A stretch of DNA of 64,000 nucleotides from Aquabacterium sp. GTDB lineage: Bacteria > Pseudomonadota > Gammaproteobacteria > Burkholderiales > Burkholderiaceae_C. The stretch is taken from the NCBI GenBank assembly GCA_046295615.1, contig JBKBMV010000016.1, positions 3,703 through 67,702 on the forward strand, written 5' to 3'. Of the stretch, positions 22,051 through 32,693 are shown piece by piece (positions within the stretch are counted from its first letter, which is position 1; every line of letters starts with the position of its first letter). Position numbers and translations under genes: made by a program. The notes below the pieces were generated by a model that saw only the letters and a list, made by a program, of their open reading frames with translations, had not been told where the DNA came from and searched no databases.

Positions 22051-23748
22051 TCAGGGCGCTGACGCCCGGCGGTACAGCACCAACTTTTCGGAGTTGCGGG
22101 TGCGTTGGTTGAAAATGCCTTGCTGGGTCCAGCCCGGGATGGCTTTGGCGGTGCCTTGTGCTGGCAATCGTTGCACCAGCCACTGGCACGAGGGGCGTCC
22201 GTCCAGGGCCGTGGGGCGGCCGTCCACGCGGTGCTCGCCAAAATAGGCCAGCGCGGTGACGATGGCCGCTGGTGCCCCGGGCGCGCAAACGTCTGCGCCA
22301 CGCGGCAGTTGGCTGCCCACACGCTCGATCAACAGGCGGTGACTACGCCCCTGGTCCAGCACGGGCAGGAACAAGGTCAACAGCAGCAGCCACACCAAGG
22401 TGACCCCGCTGGCGGGCAGCACCAGACTCTTCCACAGTGCATGGCTGCGGCGTGCCGTGCGCCAACGCACCAGGGCCAGCCATGCCAGGGTGCCCAAGGC
22501 AGCCAGCACCAGCGCCAGCACGGAGAACTCAGCGTCGTAGCCCGGCACACGCTTGGCCAGATTGGCGGCCAGGCGCTGAGGCGTGCCGGTGTGCATGGCG
22601 CTGTAAGCCACCCAGATCAAAAGCGCCGCCAGGCTGAAGAACAGGACCGAGAACCAGTCAATGGCTGCGCCCAGGCCCCGCAGCAGGATGGGCAAGGCAA
22701 ATGAGGCCAGCACAGCCAGTGCAGGCAGGGCCATGAGTAGGGCTTGTTGATCCGACCCCATCAACCACGAGGCCAGGGCAATGGCCACAAACATCAGCGT
22801 GGGCACTGCCATGTGACGACGGGGCAGTTGCCGGCGCCAATGCCACCAGGTCAGCACCGCCAATGGCAGGGCAGGCCAGGTGAACCACAGCACCAATTCC
22901 AGGAACTCAACCACCGAGACGGAACTGGACAGCTTCCAGGACCAGCGTCCGCTGTCCAGGGCCATCAGCGAGAGGATGGTGGCGGCGGCCAGCGCCATGG
23001 CCACGAGGATGAAGGCCATGTGGTGCCGGCGGTGCGGGTGCTGCGAACGCCAGCACACCAGCAAGCCCATGCAGCCCAGGACTTGCGCCACCGTGGGGCT
23101 GCCGCTGCTGGCCAGGATGGGAAGGCTGATCACCGCAGCCCAGGCGGCTTGCCGCGGGTGTTGATCCAGGGCCGCCAAACCGTACAGAAACCCAGCAGCT
23201 CCCAGCAGTTGCAACAACTCCGGGGTGGTTTCGTGGCCCATCTGCAGCAGGCCCAGGGTGGCGATCAGGGCCAGCAGCGCGCCATCAGCCATGGCCCGTG
23301 CGTAGTCCTTGGGCTGGGCTTCGCCCCCAAACGCCAGTGGCAAAGGACGGGCTGATTCGGTTTGGGCCAGGTGGTAGGTGGCGTACCACGTCAGCGCCAG
23401 CACCAGGACCAGCACCAGGGCAAACGGAATGCGTGCGGCCAGCGCCGGCTCCAGCCAGCCTTGGGTCAGCCAGATGAAGGCGCCGCCCAGCCAGTAAGGC
23501 AGGACGCCCCCTGAGGTGGGCGCCACGCCGCCAATGTGGAGGTTGAACCAGCTGGCATCGCCCAGGGCCAGGCTCCACATTTGCCCGAACGAGGCCATGT
23601 CGGCGTTCTTCCAGGGGTCGCGCCCAAACACACCGGGCAGCACATACGCGGCACACAACAAGAGCAGAGCCCAGCGAGGCAGTGGCTGAACCGATTTCTG
23701 GGTGACCAGCGCGGGCGAGGCCTTGGCGCGAACGGTGTCCTGTGGCAT
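22051..23748 (-). CDS. Glycosyltransferase family 39 (ArnT/PMT-like) membrane protein
   Basis: Polytopic membrane protein with N-terminal GRDPWKNAD and ARIP motifs; lies downstream of rpmE2. Confidence 0.7.
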   Translation of the reverse strand: MPQDTVRAKASPALVTQKSVQPLPRWALLLLCAAYVLPGVFGRDPWKNADMASFGQMWSLALGDASWFNLHIGGVAPTSGGVLPYWLGGAFIWLTQGWLEPALAARIPFALVLVLVLALTWYATYHLAQTESARPLPLAFGGEAQPKDYARAMADGALLALIATLGLLQMGHETTPELLQLLGAAGFLYGLAALDQHPRQAAWAAVISLPILASSGSPTVAQVLGCMGLLVCWRSQHPHRRHHMAFILVAMALAAATILSLMALDSGRWSWKLSSSVSVVEFLELVLWFTWPALPLAVLTWWHWRRQLPRRHMAVPTLMFVAIALASWLMGSDQQALLMALPALAVLASFALPILLRGLGAAIDWFSVLFFSLAALLIWVAYSAMHTGTPQRLAANLAKRVPGYDAEFSVLALVLAALGTLAWLALVRWRTARRSHALWKSLVLPASGVTLVWLLLLTLFLPVLDQGRSHRLLIERVGSQLPRGADVCAPGAPAAIVTALAYFGEHRVDGRPTALDGRPSCQWLVQRLPAQGTAKAIPGWTQQGIFNQRTRNSEKLVLYRRASAP

Positions 23749-23791
23749 GGAGCGTGGTGAGGGCTCAGGGGCAGAGCAGGGATGGGACTCG

Positions 23792-23824
23792 AAAAAGCAA
23801 AAGGGCAGCCGATGCTGCCCTTTC
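23792..23824 (-). terminator. Terminator after rpmE2
   Basis: AAAGGGCAGC-CGAT-GCTGCCCTTT; the flanking A run gives a U tract on the minus strand. Confidence 0.8.
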
Positions 23825-23874
23825 GATCACAAGTTGCATCAGCCTGGCGATGGTGCGGCAGGCCGAGCCGCAGA

Positions 23875-24132
23875 TCACTTGCGGAACTGGGCGAACTTGT
23901 TGCGGAACTTCTCGACGCGACCACCCAGGGTGTCCACACTCTTTTGCTGGCCGGTGTAGAAGGCGTGGGATTCGGACGAGGTTTCCAGCTTGAACAGGGG
24001 CAGTTCACGTCCGTCTTCCATCTTGATCGTCTCCTTGGTGGGAGCGCAAGAACGGGTGACGAACTTGAAGCCGTTGGATTGGTCCACGAAGCAAACTTCG
24101 CGGTAGTTGGGGTGAATACCTTCTTTGGGCAT
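23875..24132 (-). CDS. rpmE2: 50S ribosomal protein L31, type B
   Basis: KEGIHPNYR...[10 protein letters not shown]...GGRVEKF; 85 aa, no CxxC pairs. Confidence 0.96.
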   Translation of the reverse strand: MPKEGIHPNYREVCFVDQSNGFKFVTRSCAPTKETIKMEDGRELPLFKLETSSESHAFYTGQQKSVDTLGGRVEKFRNKFAQFRK

Positions 24133-24213
24133 GACTGGAACCTCTTGCTGTGTGCCATATCGGGAGCCACCAGGCCCCATGCCTGGCACTTTCCGACAGC
24201 CGGAAAACCTGCG

Positions 24214-24243
24214 ATTATATATTCAAGCCAGACTGAAACGCAA
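24214..24243 (-). promoter_or_regulatory. Sigma70 promoter of rpmE2
   Basis: TTGCGT-N18-TATAAT on the minus strand. Confidence 0.7.
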
Positions 24244-24269
24244 AAGGCAGCCGCTGGGGTTGCCTTTTG
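24241..24269 (-). terminator. Terminator hairpin after rho
   Basis: CAAAAGGCAGCC...GGTTGCCTTTTG inverted repeat. Confidence 0.7.
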
Positions 24270-24302
24270 TGTGAAGTCCACCAAGCCGAGCTACTGGGAG
24301 TA

Positions 24303-25571
24303 TCAGCCGCCACGACGCATCATGTCGAAGAAATCGTGGTTGTTCTTGGTGGACTTCATTTTGTCGAGCACGAACTCCATCGCCTCGATCTCGTCCATGG
24401 GATACAGCAGCTTGCGCAGAATCCAGCTCTTTTGCAGGATTTCGGGCTTGAGCAGCAGTTCTTCGCGACGTGTACCCGAACGGTTGATCAGGATCGAGGG
24501 ATACACGCGCTTTTCAGCCATGCGACGATCCAGGTGGATTTCGCAGTTGCCGGTGCCCTTGAACTCTTCGTAGATCACTTCGTCCATGCGGCTGCCGGTA
24601 TCCACCAGGGCAGTGCCAATGATGGTCAGCGAGCCGCCTTCTTCCACGTTGCGGGCGGCGCCAAAGAAGCGCTTGGGGCGCTGCAGCGCGTTGGCATCCA
24701 CACCGCCGGTCAGCACCTTGCCGGAACTGGGCAGCACGTTGTTGTAGGCGCGGGCCAGACGGGTGATCGAATCCAGCAGGATGACCACATCCTTCTTGAG
24801 CTCCACCAGGCGCTTGGCGCGCTCAATCACCATCTCTGCCACTTGCACGTGACGCTGGGCGGGTTCGTCGAAGGTCGAGCTGATGACTTCGCCACGCACG
24901 GTGCGTTGCATTTCAGTCACTTCTTCCGGGCGCTCGTCCACCAGCAGCACGATCAAGTGCACATCCGGGTGGTTGGCCACCAGGGCGTGCGCCAGGTTTT
25001 TCATCATCACGGTCTTGCCGCTCTTGGGCGGGGCGACCAGCAGTGCGCGTTGACCTTTGCCGATGGGGGCGATCAGGTCGATGATGCGGCTGGTGATGTT
25101 GTCGTCGTTGCTCTTGACGGTCTCGCGCTCCAGCTTGAACTGCTCGTCAGGGAAGAGGGGCGTGAGGTTCTCGAACATCAGCTTGTTTTTGCTGACTTCG
25201 GGGGGCAGGCCGTTGACGCGGTCGACCTTGACCAGGGCAAAGTAGCGCTCGCCGTCCTTGGGCACGCGCACTTCGCCTTCGATCATGTCGCCGGTGTGCA
25301 GGTTGAAGCGGCGAACCTGGCTGGGCGACAGGTAGATGTCGTCGGTGCTGGCCAGGAAGCTGGTGTCCAGCGAGCGCAGGAAGCCGAAGCCGTCGGGCAG
25401 CACTTCGAGGACGCCGTCGCCGAAGACTTGCTCGCCCGCCTTGGCGCGCTTTTTCATGATTGCAAACATCAGCTCTTGCTTGCGCATGCGAGCGACGTTT
25501 TCAATCTCCAGGCCTTCAGCCATCTCAACCAGTTTGGAGATGTGAAGGGCCTTCAGTTCGGAAAGATGCAT
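24303..25571 (-). CDS. rho: Transcription termination factor Rho
   Basis: [15 protein letters not shown] and [13 protein letters not shown] motifs. Confidence 0.99.
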   Translation of the reverse strand: MHLSELKALHISKLVEMAEGLEIENVARMRKQELMFAIMKKRAKAGEQVFGDGVLEVLPDGFGFLRSLDTSFLASTDDIYLSPSQVRRFNLHTGDMIEGEVRVPKDGERYFALVKVDRVNGLPPEVSKNKLMFENLTPLFPDEQFKLERETVKSNDDNITSRIIDLIAPIGKGQRALLVAPPKSGKTVMMKNLAHALVANHPDVHLIVLLVDERPEEVTEMQRTVRGEVISSTFDEPAQRHVQVAEMVIERAKRLVELKKDVVILLDSITRLARAYNNVLPSSGKVLTGGVDANALQRPKRFFGAARNVEEGGSLTIIGTALVDTGSRMDEVIYEEFKGTGNCEIHLDRRMAEKRVYPSILINRSGTRREELLLKPEILQKSWILRKLLYPMDEIEAMEFVLDKMKSTKNNHDFFDMMRRGG

Positions 25572-25824
25572 GGATGGGTACCCTGATCAAACGCGCAAGC
25601 GCCGGGCAAAGACAGACCAGCTGACGGGCAGCGCGAAAAGCGGATGAACTGTCTGGGGGAGGGGATGCCTGGGGGCCGCTGCTGGAGAGGCAGCTCACAA
25701 CCTGTGCTGAGACGAGTTGTAGAGGGTGTTGGCCAACCTGAAACCCAGGCTGGCCACTCGGCCGTCATCTGTCAGGCATTGCAACAGACGACGGACCATT
25801 ATAGGCGCGGAAAAGCGCCGAAAA

Positions 25825-26154
25825 TCACAGGTTGCCGTCGATGAAGGCCACCAATTGAGCCTTGGACAGCGCGCCGACCTTCGTGGCGAGGTTCTGGCCG
25901 CCCTTGAACAACATCAGCGTGGGGATGCCACGGATGCCGTACTTGGCGGGCACGTCGCGGTTCTGGTCGACGTTCATCTTGGCGATCTGCAGCTTGCCCT
26001 CATAGTCTTTGGCCACCTCATCCAGGATGGGGGCGATCATTTTGCAGGGGCCACACCACTCTGCCCAGTAGTCCACCAGCACGGGCTGGGCAGACTTGAG
26101 AACGTCGGCTTCGAAAGACGCGTCGGTGATGTGTTTGATCAGTTCGCTGCTCAT
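25825..26154 (-). CDS. trxA: Thioredoxin 1
   Basis: WCGPC motif; upstream of rho. Confidence 0.98.
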   Translation of the reverse strand: MSSELIKHITDASFEADVLKSAQPVLVDYWAEWCGPCKMIAPILDEVAKDYEGKLQIAKMNVDQNRDVPAKYGIRGIPTLMLFKGGQNLATKVGALSKAQLVAFIDGNL

Positions 26155-26269
26155 GGAAAATCCTTCAGGATGCCAGCGCCTTGCGGCAGTAGTTCGTAGA
26201 CACTGGGGTTTACCAGATTCTGACACAGATGAGCCGACCTCCTGTGCACGGCCAGAGAGACCTTGATCA

Positions 26270-29167
26270 ATGACGTTGATAGCAGAAACCTTGGGGGCCT
26301 CGGCGTTGTCGCCTGAGCCCTGGGTATGGCCTCGTGGGGTTGATGCCCGTCAACACTGGGCAGCCTGGGCCCGCGACGCCGCCCAATGGCTGAGTCAGCA
26401 GGGCGCTGATCCCCGTCAGGCCATGGTGGTCGTGCCGGTGGGGGCCCTGTTGCCCTTGGTGCGTCTGGCGTGGTCCGACTCGGTGGGTGGGTGGTTGCCG
26501 ATCATCGACACCATCGCCGGTTTGGTGCAGCAGCATGCCTGGCGCCATGTGCCATCCGCTCCAGATGTTGGGCAGGAGTCCTATCCGGCACTGACGCTGG
26601 ATGCGGTGGTGGATCGACTGGCCGTGCATGCTGCGTTGCGAGGCTTGCCGTGGGTGCGTGCCTGGGATCGGAGCCAACCGCGTGCGTTGCGTTTTGCCAT
26701 CGAACAGGTGGTGGCGATGGGGCATGGCTGGTGGCGGCGGCTGCAGGCGTGCCCCCCCTCCGACCGCGATGTCTTGATGGCCGACTGGTTGGCCGAGTTG
26801 CCCATGCCCGGCCAGCAGCCAGATCAGGAGAGCGGCACGCCTGGACAGCTGGAGCGCTGGTTGATGGCCTGGGGTTTGCGCTGGACGCTGCATCAGGCCA
26901 GGCAGGGGTGCGCGTCGGATGTGCTGTTTGAGCTGCGTCCCTCGGCCTGGTTGATCGTCACCGCCGGGCAAGCGGTGTTGCCTGGCAGCGAGGGCGCCTT
27001 GACGCTGGCAGTGGCGCAGCGCGCTGCTCGCGGTGATGGGCCTGGGTACCCGGCTCTGCCTTGTCGTTGGTGGGCGGCGACTGCGGAGCCCAACCCGCTG
27101 GCGCTAGCACCATCCATCGCGTCTGCCACCGATCTGGAGGATGAGGCGCGGATGACGGCGTCTCAGATTCTGCATCTGGTGGCCCAAAGCCGATCCACCA
27201 CACGTGCGGCCGAAGAGGATGAACCAATGGCCACGACCCGGGTGGAGCCGGTGGCCTTGATCGCGCTGGATCGCGGCGTGGTGCGGCGCGTACGCGCCTT
27301 GCTGGATGAGCGTGGTGTGCTGGTGGCAGATGAAACGGGCTGGAAGCTGTCGACCACCCGCGCGGCAGCCGTGTTGAGTCGAACCATGAGTGCAGCCAAC
27401 CCACGCGCCAGCACCGATGAGGTGCTGGATTGGCTGAAGTCAGCCTGGGTGACGCCACCAGGCGGGGTGGACGCGGTGGCCGCGCTGGAACACTGGTGCC
27501 GGCGGCGCGGGGTGCTGAGTTTGTGGGGTGCCACCTCGGGCGCGTCGCCGTTGGCCGGCCCGGCTGCAGCGCTGGAGCTGGTGGCGTGGGCCCAGCAGGC
27601 ACTGGCGCCATTGAGTGCCTTGTGGTCTCAGGGCCGAGCCCCCTTGAGCCAGTGGCTGAGCGCCTTGCGTGATGCCCTGCAGGCCTCCCAGTCCTGGACG
27701 GCCCTCCAGGCTGACCCGGCAGGGCAGCAGGCAATTGACATCCTGCGTATGGACGATGACGAGCCCGGCGCTGACCAAGGGGCCTGGCAAGGATTGATCG
27801 AAACCACGCGCATGGATGGTCGCGCCGCGCTGGCCTGGCTCCAGGAGTTGCTGGAGGGCGCGGTGTTTCGGCCCACAGTGCCGCCCGGCACGGTGCCGGA
27901 TGTGGTGGTGACCACCCTGGCTCGTGCCGCGCTCAGGCCATTTCTGGCCGTGGTGATGCCCGGGGCAGACGTCCGCCAGTTGGGGGGGCTGCCCGTCAGG
28001 CAGGGGTGGTTGAGCCAGGTACAGCGGGAGCGGATGGGGCTAGGCACGGCCCAGGATCAGCAGCAGGCGCAATGGGAGGCCTTTGAGTTGGTGATGTGTG
28101 CTCCGGCCATCGTCTGTCTGCACCGTCAGGATCACGACGGTGAACTGCTCTCGGCCAGTCCCTGGCTGGAGCGGTGGCAGGCGCGTCATGGCCAGGCCTG
28201 GCAGCCAGCGGCCGATGACCGACGGGAGCGGCACTTGAATCTGGCGCCTGTCAGCCGGCCAGCACCACAGGTGCACCAGCATCTGTCGCTGGTGGAGCCT
28301 CGCATGACGGCCACCCGCTACGAAGCGTTGAGGCAGTGCCCTTATCAGTTCTTTGCCAAGGCCATCCTGGCCCTGGAAGAGGCCGAGGAGCTGGAAGAGG
28401 GGGTGGATGGGGCCGATTACGGCAACGTGCTGCACCTGATCCTGCAGCGGTTCCATGAGCAGCGCGATCAGCAGCGAACCCAGCGCAGCCTGGAGCAGGA
28501 GCTGACGGCCTGGATGGATGCTGCCCAGCATGTCATGGAGTCAGAAGGCATGGCGCATGAGGCTAACCGGCCTTTCTTTCGGCCTTACCAGCAGCAGCTG
28601 GAGCGGTTGGCGTGGGCCTACCTGTCGTGGTTGCTGCCGCACGAGCGTGAAGGCTGGTCGGTGAAACACATGGAGTTCCAGGCGCGGCAGACGGTGGTCG
28701 TGGGCGACCAGGTGAATGATCCTGGGGGCGAGCCCCAGGCTTTGGTGCTGGAAGGGCGGCTGGACCGGATGGATGTCCGACACCGTACCGGCACGGGTCA
28801 GGAGCGCCATGTCATCGACTACAAGAGCGGTCAGCTGGATCAGCTCAAGAAGAAGCTGAAGACGCCGCTGGAGGACACCCAGTTGCTGTTCTATGCCTTG
28901 CTGGGGGGGGAACCGGAAGGGCTGCAGGCCAGTTACCTTCACCTGGGCAAGGACAGCAGCAGCAAGGCCGAGGCTGGTGCGATGAAAGCCACGTTGCTGA
29001 CGCATGACGAGGTGAGTGACCACGCCGACCGCTTGCTGGAGGGCTTGGTGCACGACTGGCAGCGAATCCGCCAGGGGCATGGTTTGGCGGCATTGGGAGA
29101 GGGCGCCACCTGCACCCATTGCCGCTACCGCGGTTTGTGCCGACAGGATGATTGGAGCGCGCCATGA
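26270..29167 (+). CDS. addB: AddB-like PD-(D/E)XK nuclease subunit
   Basis: Degenerate helicase body; [26 protein letters not shown] and C-terminal [10 protein letters not shown] Fe-S staple. Confidence 0.8.
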   Translation: MTLIAETLGASALSPEPWVWPRGVDARQHWAAWARDAAQWLSQQGADPRQAMVVVPVGALLPLVRLAWSDSVGGWLPIIDTIAGLVQQHAWRHVPSAPDVGQESYPALTLDAVVDRLAVHAALRGLPWVRAWDRSQPRALRFAIEQVVAMGHGWWRRLQACPPSDRDVLMADWLAELPMPGQQPDQESGTPGQLERWLMAWGLRWTLHQARQGCASDVLFELRPSAWLIVTAGQAVLPGSEGALTLAVAQRAARGDGPGYPALPCRWWAATAEPNPLALAPSIASATDLEDEARMTASQILHLVAQSRSTTRAAEEDEPMATTRVEPVALIALDRGVVRRVRALLDERGVLVADETGWKLSTTRAAAVLSRTMSAANPRASTDEVLDWLKSAWVTPPGGVDAVAALEHWCRRRGVLSLWGATSGASPLAGPAAALELVAWAQQALAPLSALWSQGRAPLSQWLSALRDALQASQSWTALQADPAGQQAIDILRMDDDEPGADQGAWQGLIETTRMDGRAALAWLQELLEGAVFRPTVPPGTVPDVVVTTLARAALRPFLAVVMPGADVRQLGGLPVRQGWLSQVQRERMGLGTAQDQQQAQWEAFELVMCAPAIVCLHRQDHDGELLSASPWLERWQARHGQAWQPAADDRRERHLNLAPVSRPAPQVHQHLSLVEPRMTATRYEALRQCPYQFFAKAILALEEAEELEEGVDGADYGNVLHLILQRFHEQRDQQRTQRSLEQELTAWMDAAQHVMESEGMAHEANRPFFRPYQQQLERLAWAYLSWLLPHEREGWSVKHMEFQARQTVVVGDQVNDPGGEPQALVLEGRLDRMDVRHRTGTGQERHVIDYKSGQLDQLKKKLKTPLEDTQLLFYALLGGEPEGLQASYLHLGKDSSSKAEAGAMKATLLTHDEVSDHADRLLEGLVHDWQRIRQGHGLAALGEGATCTHCRYRGLCRQDDWSAP

Positions 29168-32100
29168 GCCATGCGGCCTACTGGATCAACGGGCAGCCGG
29201 CTGAGCCGGCCACCTTTTACGAATGGGCTTGTGACCCCGGGCGCAGCGTGGTGGTGGAGGCTTGTGCCGGGGCGGGCAAAACCTGGATGCTGGTGTCCCG
29301 CATCTTGCGGGCCTTGCTGGACGGGGTGCCACCAGAGCAGATATTGGCCATCACCTTCACCCGCAAGGCGGCTGGCGAGATGCGCGAACGCCTGCGTGAG
29401 TGGCTGGAGGAGCTGTCTACAGCGTCGGCGGAGCATCAGGTCGAACAGCTGCTGCTGCGCGGTGTGTCACCAGAAGATGTCCCCCGCATGCGGGAAGTGC
29501 TGGGGGCCTTGCAGACCCAGTGGCTGTCGGGCGGGCAAGGGGTGGGCCTGTACACCATCCACAGCTGGTTTGCCCAGTTGGTGAAGGCCGCGCCCCTGGA
29601 GGTGCTGGCCGAATTGGGGCTGCCGCCCGAACTGGCTCTGCTGGAAGATGTGGACGAGTTGTGGGATGAGCTGTGGGCGCGCTTGTTGAAGCGTATCGAC
29701 CAATACGCGCACAGCAAGGACGTGGGGGAGTCTGCCTACGCCACGTCGTTTGACATGATGCTGCGCGAGGTCGGGGCGCACAACCTGGCGGAATGGCTGC
29801 GCGCGTCGCTGAACCAGCGCACCGAGATCTCGCTGGCGGCTGGCGCCGGGGTGCTCATCCACAGCGTGCCCAGCGCACAACGGTGGCATGAGGATTGGGC
29901 CGCCTGGGAGCGTCCTGAGCAGGCCTTGGCCGATCCTGCGCTGCTGCAGCGCTTCAAGGCCTTGGCCTCATCGCTGGGGGGCTTGACTGATCGGGTCAAG
30001 GCGCAATCGGCGGCACAGGGGCTGGTTCAGGCCCTGGAGGAGCAGGATCTGAGCCGTCGCGCCACCCTGTTGTGCAAATCCTTGCTGACCGACGACGGCA
30101 CCCCCAGGAAACAGCTGATCAAGACGCCAGACCAGGCGCCCGAGCTGGCCTGGGCGCAAGAGTGGCTGGTATCGCTGGGGCAGGCGCTGCAGCAGCAGGC
30201 GGCCCATGAGCACCACGTGCACATGGTGCTTTTGTCACAGTTGCTGTTCACCGAGTACGCCCGTCTCAAACAAGAGCGCGGCCTGTGCGACATGAGCGAT
30301 CTGGAAATGGCGGCATCGCGCCTGCTGTCGGATCCGGTGCTGTCCGGGTGGGTGCAAGAGCGGCTCGACACCCGCATACGCCTGTTGCTGATGGACGAGT
30401 TTCAGGACACCAGCCCCCTGCAATGGCAGGCTTTGCGCACCTGGTTATCGGCTTATGCCGGGGCGGGCGGCGGCCGCAGTGGGCAAGCCCCGCTGACGGT
30501 ATTTCTGGTGGGCGATCCCAAGCAAAGCATCTACCGTTTTCGCCGGGCCGACCCTCGTGTCTTTGCGGCCGCGCGCTCGTTTGTCATCGAGACCCTGGGG
30601 GGCGCCTTGCTGGCGTGCGACCACACGCGTCGCAATGCCACTGCGGTGATCGAGGCCTTGAATCAGGTCATGCTGCCAGCTGCCCAAGAGGGGCTGATGA
30701 CGGGTTACCGGGCGCACACCACCGAAGCCACGGAAACTGGCCAGGTGAGGGTGCTGGCGATGGCGCAAGCCTCCGAGAGCAGCGCTGACGCTGGGGAAGA
30801 GGCCGCACCTATCGGCCATGACGGCTGGCGCGACAGCCTGACCGAGCCCCGAGTGCTGAGGCTGGCCGGGGCTCGAGAGCTGGAGGCCGAGCAGGTGGCA
30901 AAAGCGGTGGTCAGCCTGCTGCGGGGCGCGCCCGAGGGGGGCGGCGCTCCCGCCATCGAGGCCAAAGACATTTTTGTGCTGGCCCGCAAACGTGCTCCAC
31001 TGCTGGAAGTGGCGCGGGCCCTCGAGCGCCATGGCATCGCCCACCAGGCGCCCAGCGACACCTTGCTGGCCGAGGTGCCGGAGGTGCGTGATGTGCTGGC
31101 CTTGATGGATGTGCTGGTGTCACCCCAGCACGACCTGTCTTTGGCGCAGGCGCTCAAGAGCGCCTTTTTCGAGGCCTCGGATGAGGATTTGATGGTGCTG
31201 GCAGAGCAGGCCCGTCTCGGTCGCACATCGTGGTGGCAAGCCTTGATGAGCCCGGAGGCGTCGACCAGCGTCGACATTCGGCCAGCCCTGAAGGCAGCCC
31301 GAACATGCTTGACGCAGTGGGCAGCCCTGGCGCAGGTCTTGCCCCCGCATGATCTGCTGTCACGGGTGGTGCACGACGCCGACCTGCGTGCGCGGCTGGT
31401 GGCCCGTGTGCCCCGCAGTCGCCGCGCACAAGCCGTGATGCATGTGGAGGCCCTGCTGCAGGCGGCTTTGGCCATGGACGCGGGACGTGATGCCACCCCC
31501 TACCGGTTCATTCGGGCCCTGCGCCGATCGACGGTGAAGGTGCCAGCCCGCGCTGCCAGCGATGCGGTTCAGTTGCTGACCATCCACGGCGCCAAGGGCC
31601 TCGAGGCCAAGGTGGTGTTTCTGGTGGACACCCAGCCCACCCGCACGCAGTCCGACACGTATGCCCTGGCGGTGGACTGGCCTCAGCACCTGTCGCACCC
31701 CGCGTGCGTCGCGTTTGTGCGCTCGGCCACTCGGCCACCGCCATCGCTGATCGACCTGATGAACACCGAACAGCACGAGCAGCTGCGGGAGCATTTCAAC
31801 GCCCTGTATGTGGCCATGACACGCGCCAAGGAGCAGTTGATCATCAGCCGGGCCCCATGGGGCCGCTCGGCCGATGCCTCACCCCACACATGGTGGCAGC
31901 GCATGGTGCACAGCGGGGCCATCCAGCCCGATGTGGTCTGGGAGCCGGACGTGTCGGTCACGGAGGCGCATGGAGGCACCGGGAAAGCGGTTCAGGCCGA
32001 AACCCTGGTGTGGTCTGATTTGCCGGATGTGCCGCGGCGTCCTGCCCTGCGAGCAACGATGGCGGACGAGGGGGACGAGGGGCATCTCAAAGCCCTGGGC

Positions 32101-32556
32101 GAGACGGTGCACCGTGCGCTGGAGTGGTTGACTACGCTGCCCGTGTCGGCGCGACGCGAGGCCGTGGTAAGCCAAGCCGTTCAACAGGCCGCCCAGGCCT
32201 GTGGCTTGCCGCAGGCCCTGCGCGCCCAGGCTCGGGCCCAGGTTGGGCGGGTGCTGCATGCGCCGGCCCTGCAGCCCTGGCTGGACCCATCGCAATGTCT
32301 GTGGGCCGGCAATGAGGTGGCGCTGTACCACCAGGGTGAACTGCTGCGCCTGGATCGGCTGGTGGCCAAGGCGCAGGACGGTGCGCGCCAATGGTGGGTG
32401 ATTGATTACAAGCTCGGCCATCGACCACAAGCCCAGGAGACTTATCGGCAGCAGTTGCGGCGGTATGTGGCGGCGGTGAGCGCCTTGCAACCCGGTGAGC
32501 TGGTGCGCGCTGCATTCATCACAGGGCAGGGTGAATGGGTGCCCTGGGAGGACTAA
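29164..32556 (+). CDS. addA: AddA-like UvrD helicase-nuclease
   Basis: ACAGAGKT, DEFQD, GDPKQSIYRFR, TIHGAKGLE, YVAMTRA and C-terminal DRL..IDYK; ATGA overlap with addB. Confidence 0.88.
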   Translation: MSHAAYWINGQPAEPATFYEWACDPGRSVVVEACAGAGKTWMLVSRILRALLDGVPPEQILAITFTRKAAGEMRERLREWLEELSTASAEHQVEQLLLRGVSPEDVPRMREVLGALQTQWLSGGQGVGLYTIHSWFAQLVKAAPLEVLAELGLPPELALLEDVDELWDELWARLLKRIDQYAHSKDVGESAYATSFDMMLREVGAHNLAEWLRASLNQRTEISLAAGAGVLIHSVPSAQRWHEDWAAWERPEQALADPALLQRFKALASSLGGLTDRVKAQSAAQGLVQALEEQDLSRRATLLCKSLLTDDGTPRKQLIKTPDQAPELAWAQEWLVSLGQALQQQAAHEHHVHMVLLSQLLFTEYARLKQERGLCDMSDLEMAASRLLSDPVLSGWVQERLDTRIRLLLMDEFQDTSPLQWQALRTWLSAYAGAGGGRSGQAPLTVFLVGDPKQSIYRFRRADPRVFAAARSFVIETLGGALLACDHTRRNATAVIEALNQVMLPAAQEGLMTGYRAHTTEATETGQVRVLAMAQASESSADAGEEAAPIGHDGWRDSLTEPRVLRLAGARELEAEQVAKAVVSLLRGAPEGGGAPAIEAKDIFVLARKRAPLLEVARALERHGIAHQAPSDTLLAEVPEVRDVLALMDVLVSPQHDLSLAQALKSAFFEASDEDLMVLAEQARLGRTSWWQALMSPEASTSVDIRPALKAARTCLTQWAALAQVLPPHDLLSRVVHDADLRARLVARVPRSRRAQAVMHVEALLQAALAMDAGRDATPYRFIRALRRSTVKVPARAASDAVQLLTIHGAKGLEAKVVFLVDTQPTRTQSDTYALAVDWPQHLSHPACVAFVRSATRPPPSLIDLMNTEQHEQLREHFNALYVAMTRAKEQLIISRAPWGRSADASPHTWWQRMVHSGAIQPDVVWEPDVSVTEAHGGTGKAVQAETLVWSDLPDVPRRPALRATMADEGDEGHLKALGETVHRALEWLTTLPVSARREAVVSQAVQQAAQACGLPQALRAQARAQVGRVLHAPALQPWLDPSQCLWAGNEVALYHQGELLRLDRLVAKAQDGARQWWVIDYKLGHRPQAQETYRQQLRRYVAAVSALQPGELVRAAFITGQGEWVPWED

Positions 32557-32693
32557 AAGACGAATTGGGGGGCAAAAGCCCTGATTTGGCGGTATTCGGT
32601 CACGCCTTCCATGGTGTGCAATGCATTTGTAACAGCGGGTTGCGTCCGGACAATCCGTGATGTGCCTTCGAGGACCGCCCCTTGTCACAAGCC

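Noticed and set aside
26270-32556. Nuclease plus helicase pair as a novel defence or Cas4-like system
   Set aside because: Motifs and position beside trxA-rho fit housekeeping AddAB-type repair; no array or accessory genes.
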